A stretch of DNA of 8,875 bases, taken from assembly GCF_006345805.1 (NCBI RefSeq), contig NW_021828357.1:1-8875 (forward strand). The letters are read 5' to 3'. This stretch comes from Octopus sinensis (Eukaryota). Positions 8,476 through 8,875 of this stretch are shown piece by piece. Every line of letters begins with the position of its first letter. The stretch's first letter is position 1. Under the pieces are notes generated by a model. That model was not told the origin of the DNA. It was given only the letters and a program-made list of their open reading frames with translations, and did not search any database. The translations under genes were made by a program, and so were the position numbers.

Positions 8476-8536
8476 GAGGGAGTACCCAAAAGTAACCGGA
8501 AACCTTAGTGAGACAAGCATGTCGTTGTTCGGGCTT
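8476..8536 (+). mobile_element. Orphan 5' terminus of the same mariner family as 843-1727
   Basis: gtacccaaaagtaaccggaaac (8482-8503) is identical to the reverse complement of 1701-1722. Similarity continues (gacaagc...ggctt) with the reverse complement of about 1665-1700. Confidence 0.85.
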
Positions 8537-8680
8537 GTTTATTTTTTCTATTTTGTTTGTCAATATATCTAGTGGGGAGTAATTTTGTCTATAAGTTGCT
8601 GAAAATAGTACACTGCTTCGAGCATTCATTCTCACAATGAGTGAAATGACAGAATGATATTACGAAGAACTTATTTCAAA

Positions 8681-8790
8681 GAATCCTCCTGAAGCAGCGC
8701 ATCTTACACCTTTGATAGATTATAGTAATTACGCAATTTGTTAATTATATAATTTCACCATAAAAATGTATCGAAACAATTGTAGGAATT
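8681..8790 (+). ncRNA. Degenerate hammerhead-like motif with a long AT-rich helix II
   Basis: CTGAAG-C-AG (8689-8697), a long imperfect hairpin centred near 8737, GAAA (8773-8776), the palindrome ACAATTGT (8776-8783) and GTA (8782-8784). Helix I is poor. Confidence 0.35.
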
Positions 8791-8837
8791 TTAGATAAAG
8801 AATGTCGTTCAATCCATTTTCTTTTATGTGTGAGTGC

Positions 8838-8840
<3 letters not shown>

Positions 8841-8875
<35 letters not shown>
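8841..8875. repeat. (TA)n microsatellite running off the window end
   Basis: Read directly. Confidence 0.95.

Noticed and set aside
843-8501. Large composite transposon using the TIR at 8476
   Set aside because: The 8476 TIR points rightward, the same way as the 843 TIR and away from the 1727 TIR, so it encloses nothing within the window.
8278-8520. 80-aa Lys/Gly-rich minus-strand ORF
   Set aside because: It is the antisense reading of the pyrimidine-rich retroelement UTR plus the mariner end.

Overview
AT-rich, microsatellite-dense eukaryotic non-coding DNA (intergenic or intronic). The repeat make-up suggests an invertebrate, possibly a cephalopod, but that is inference only. I find no intact host gene, and the supplied ORFs are transposon debris or simple-repeat artefacts. 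Recognisable content: an RTE-clade LINE 3' remnant (1-500, -); two internally rearranged mariner elements head-to-head (843-1727 - and 1742-2698 +), both keeping the DNA-binding half and lacking the catalytic domain; a 68-bp-arm inverted repeat (2969-3126); a DD37D/maT-type transposase remnant (3427-3890); an RTE LINE with an internal inversion (about 5280-5847); and a probable L1/Tx1-like 3' end (8002-8475) that appears to split a mariner TIR. The most notable signals are a complete type I hammerhead ribozyme motif (4726-4785), three more degenerate hammerhead-like motifs, and a probable arm-to-arm gene-conversion tract in the second mariner. All of these belong to known element classes. Nothing here demonstrates a new biological system, though several arrangements merit checking.
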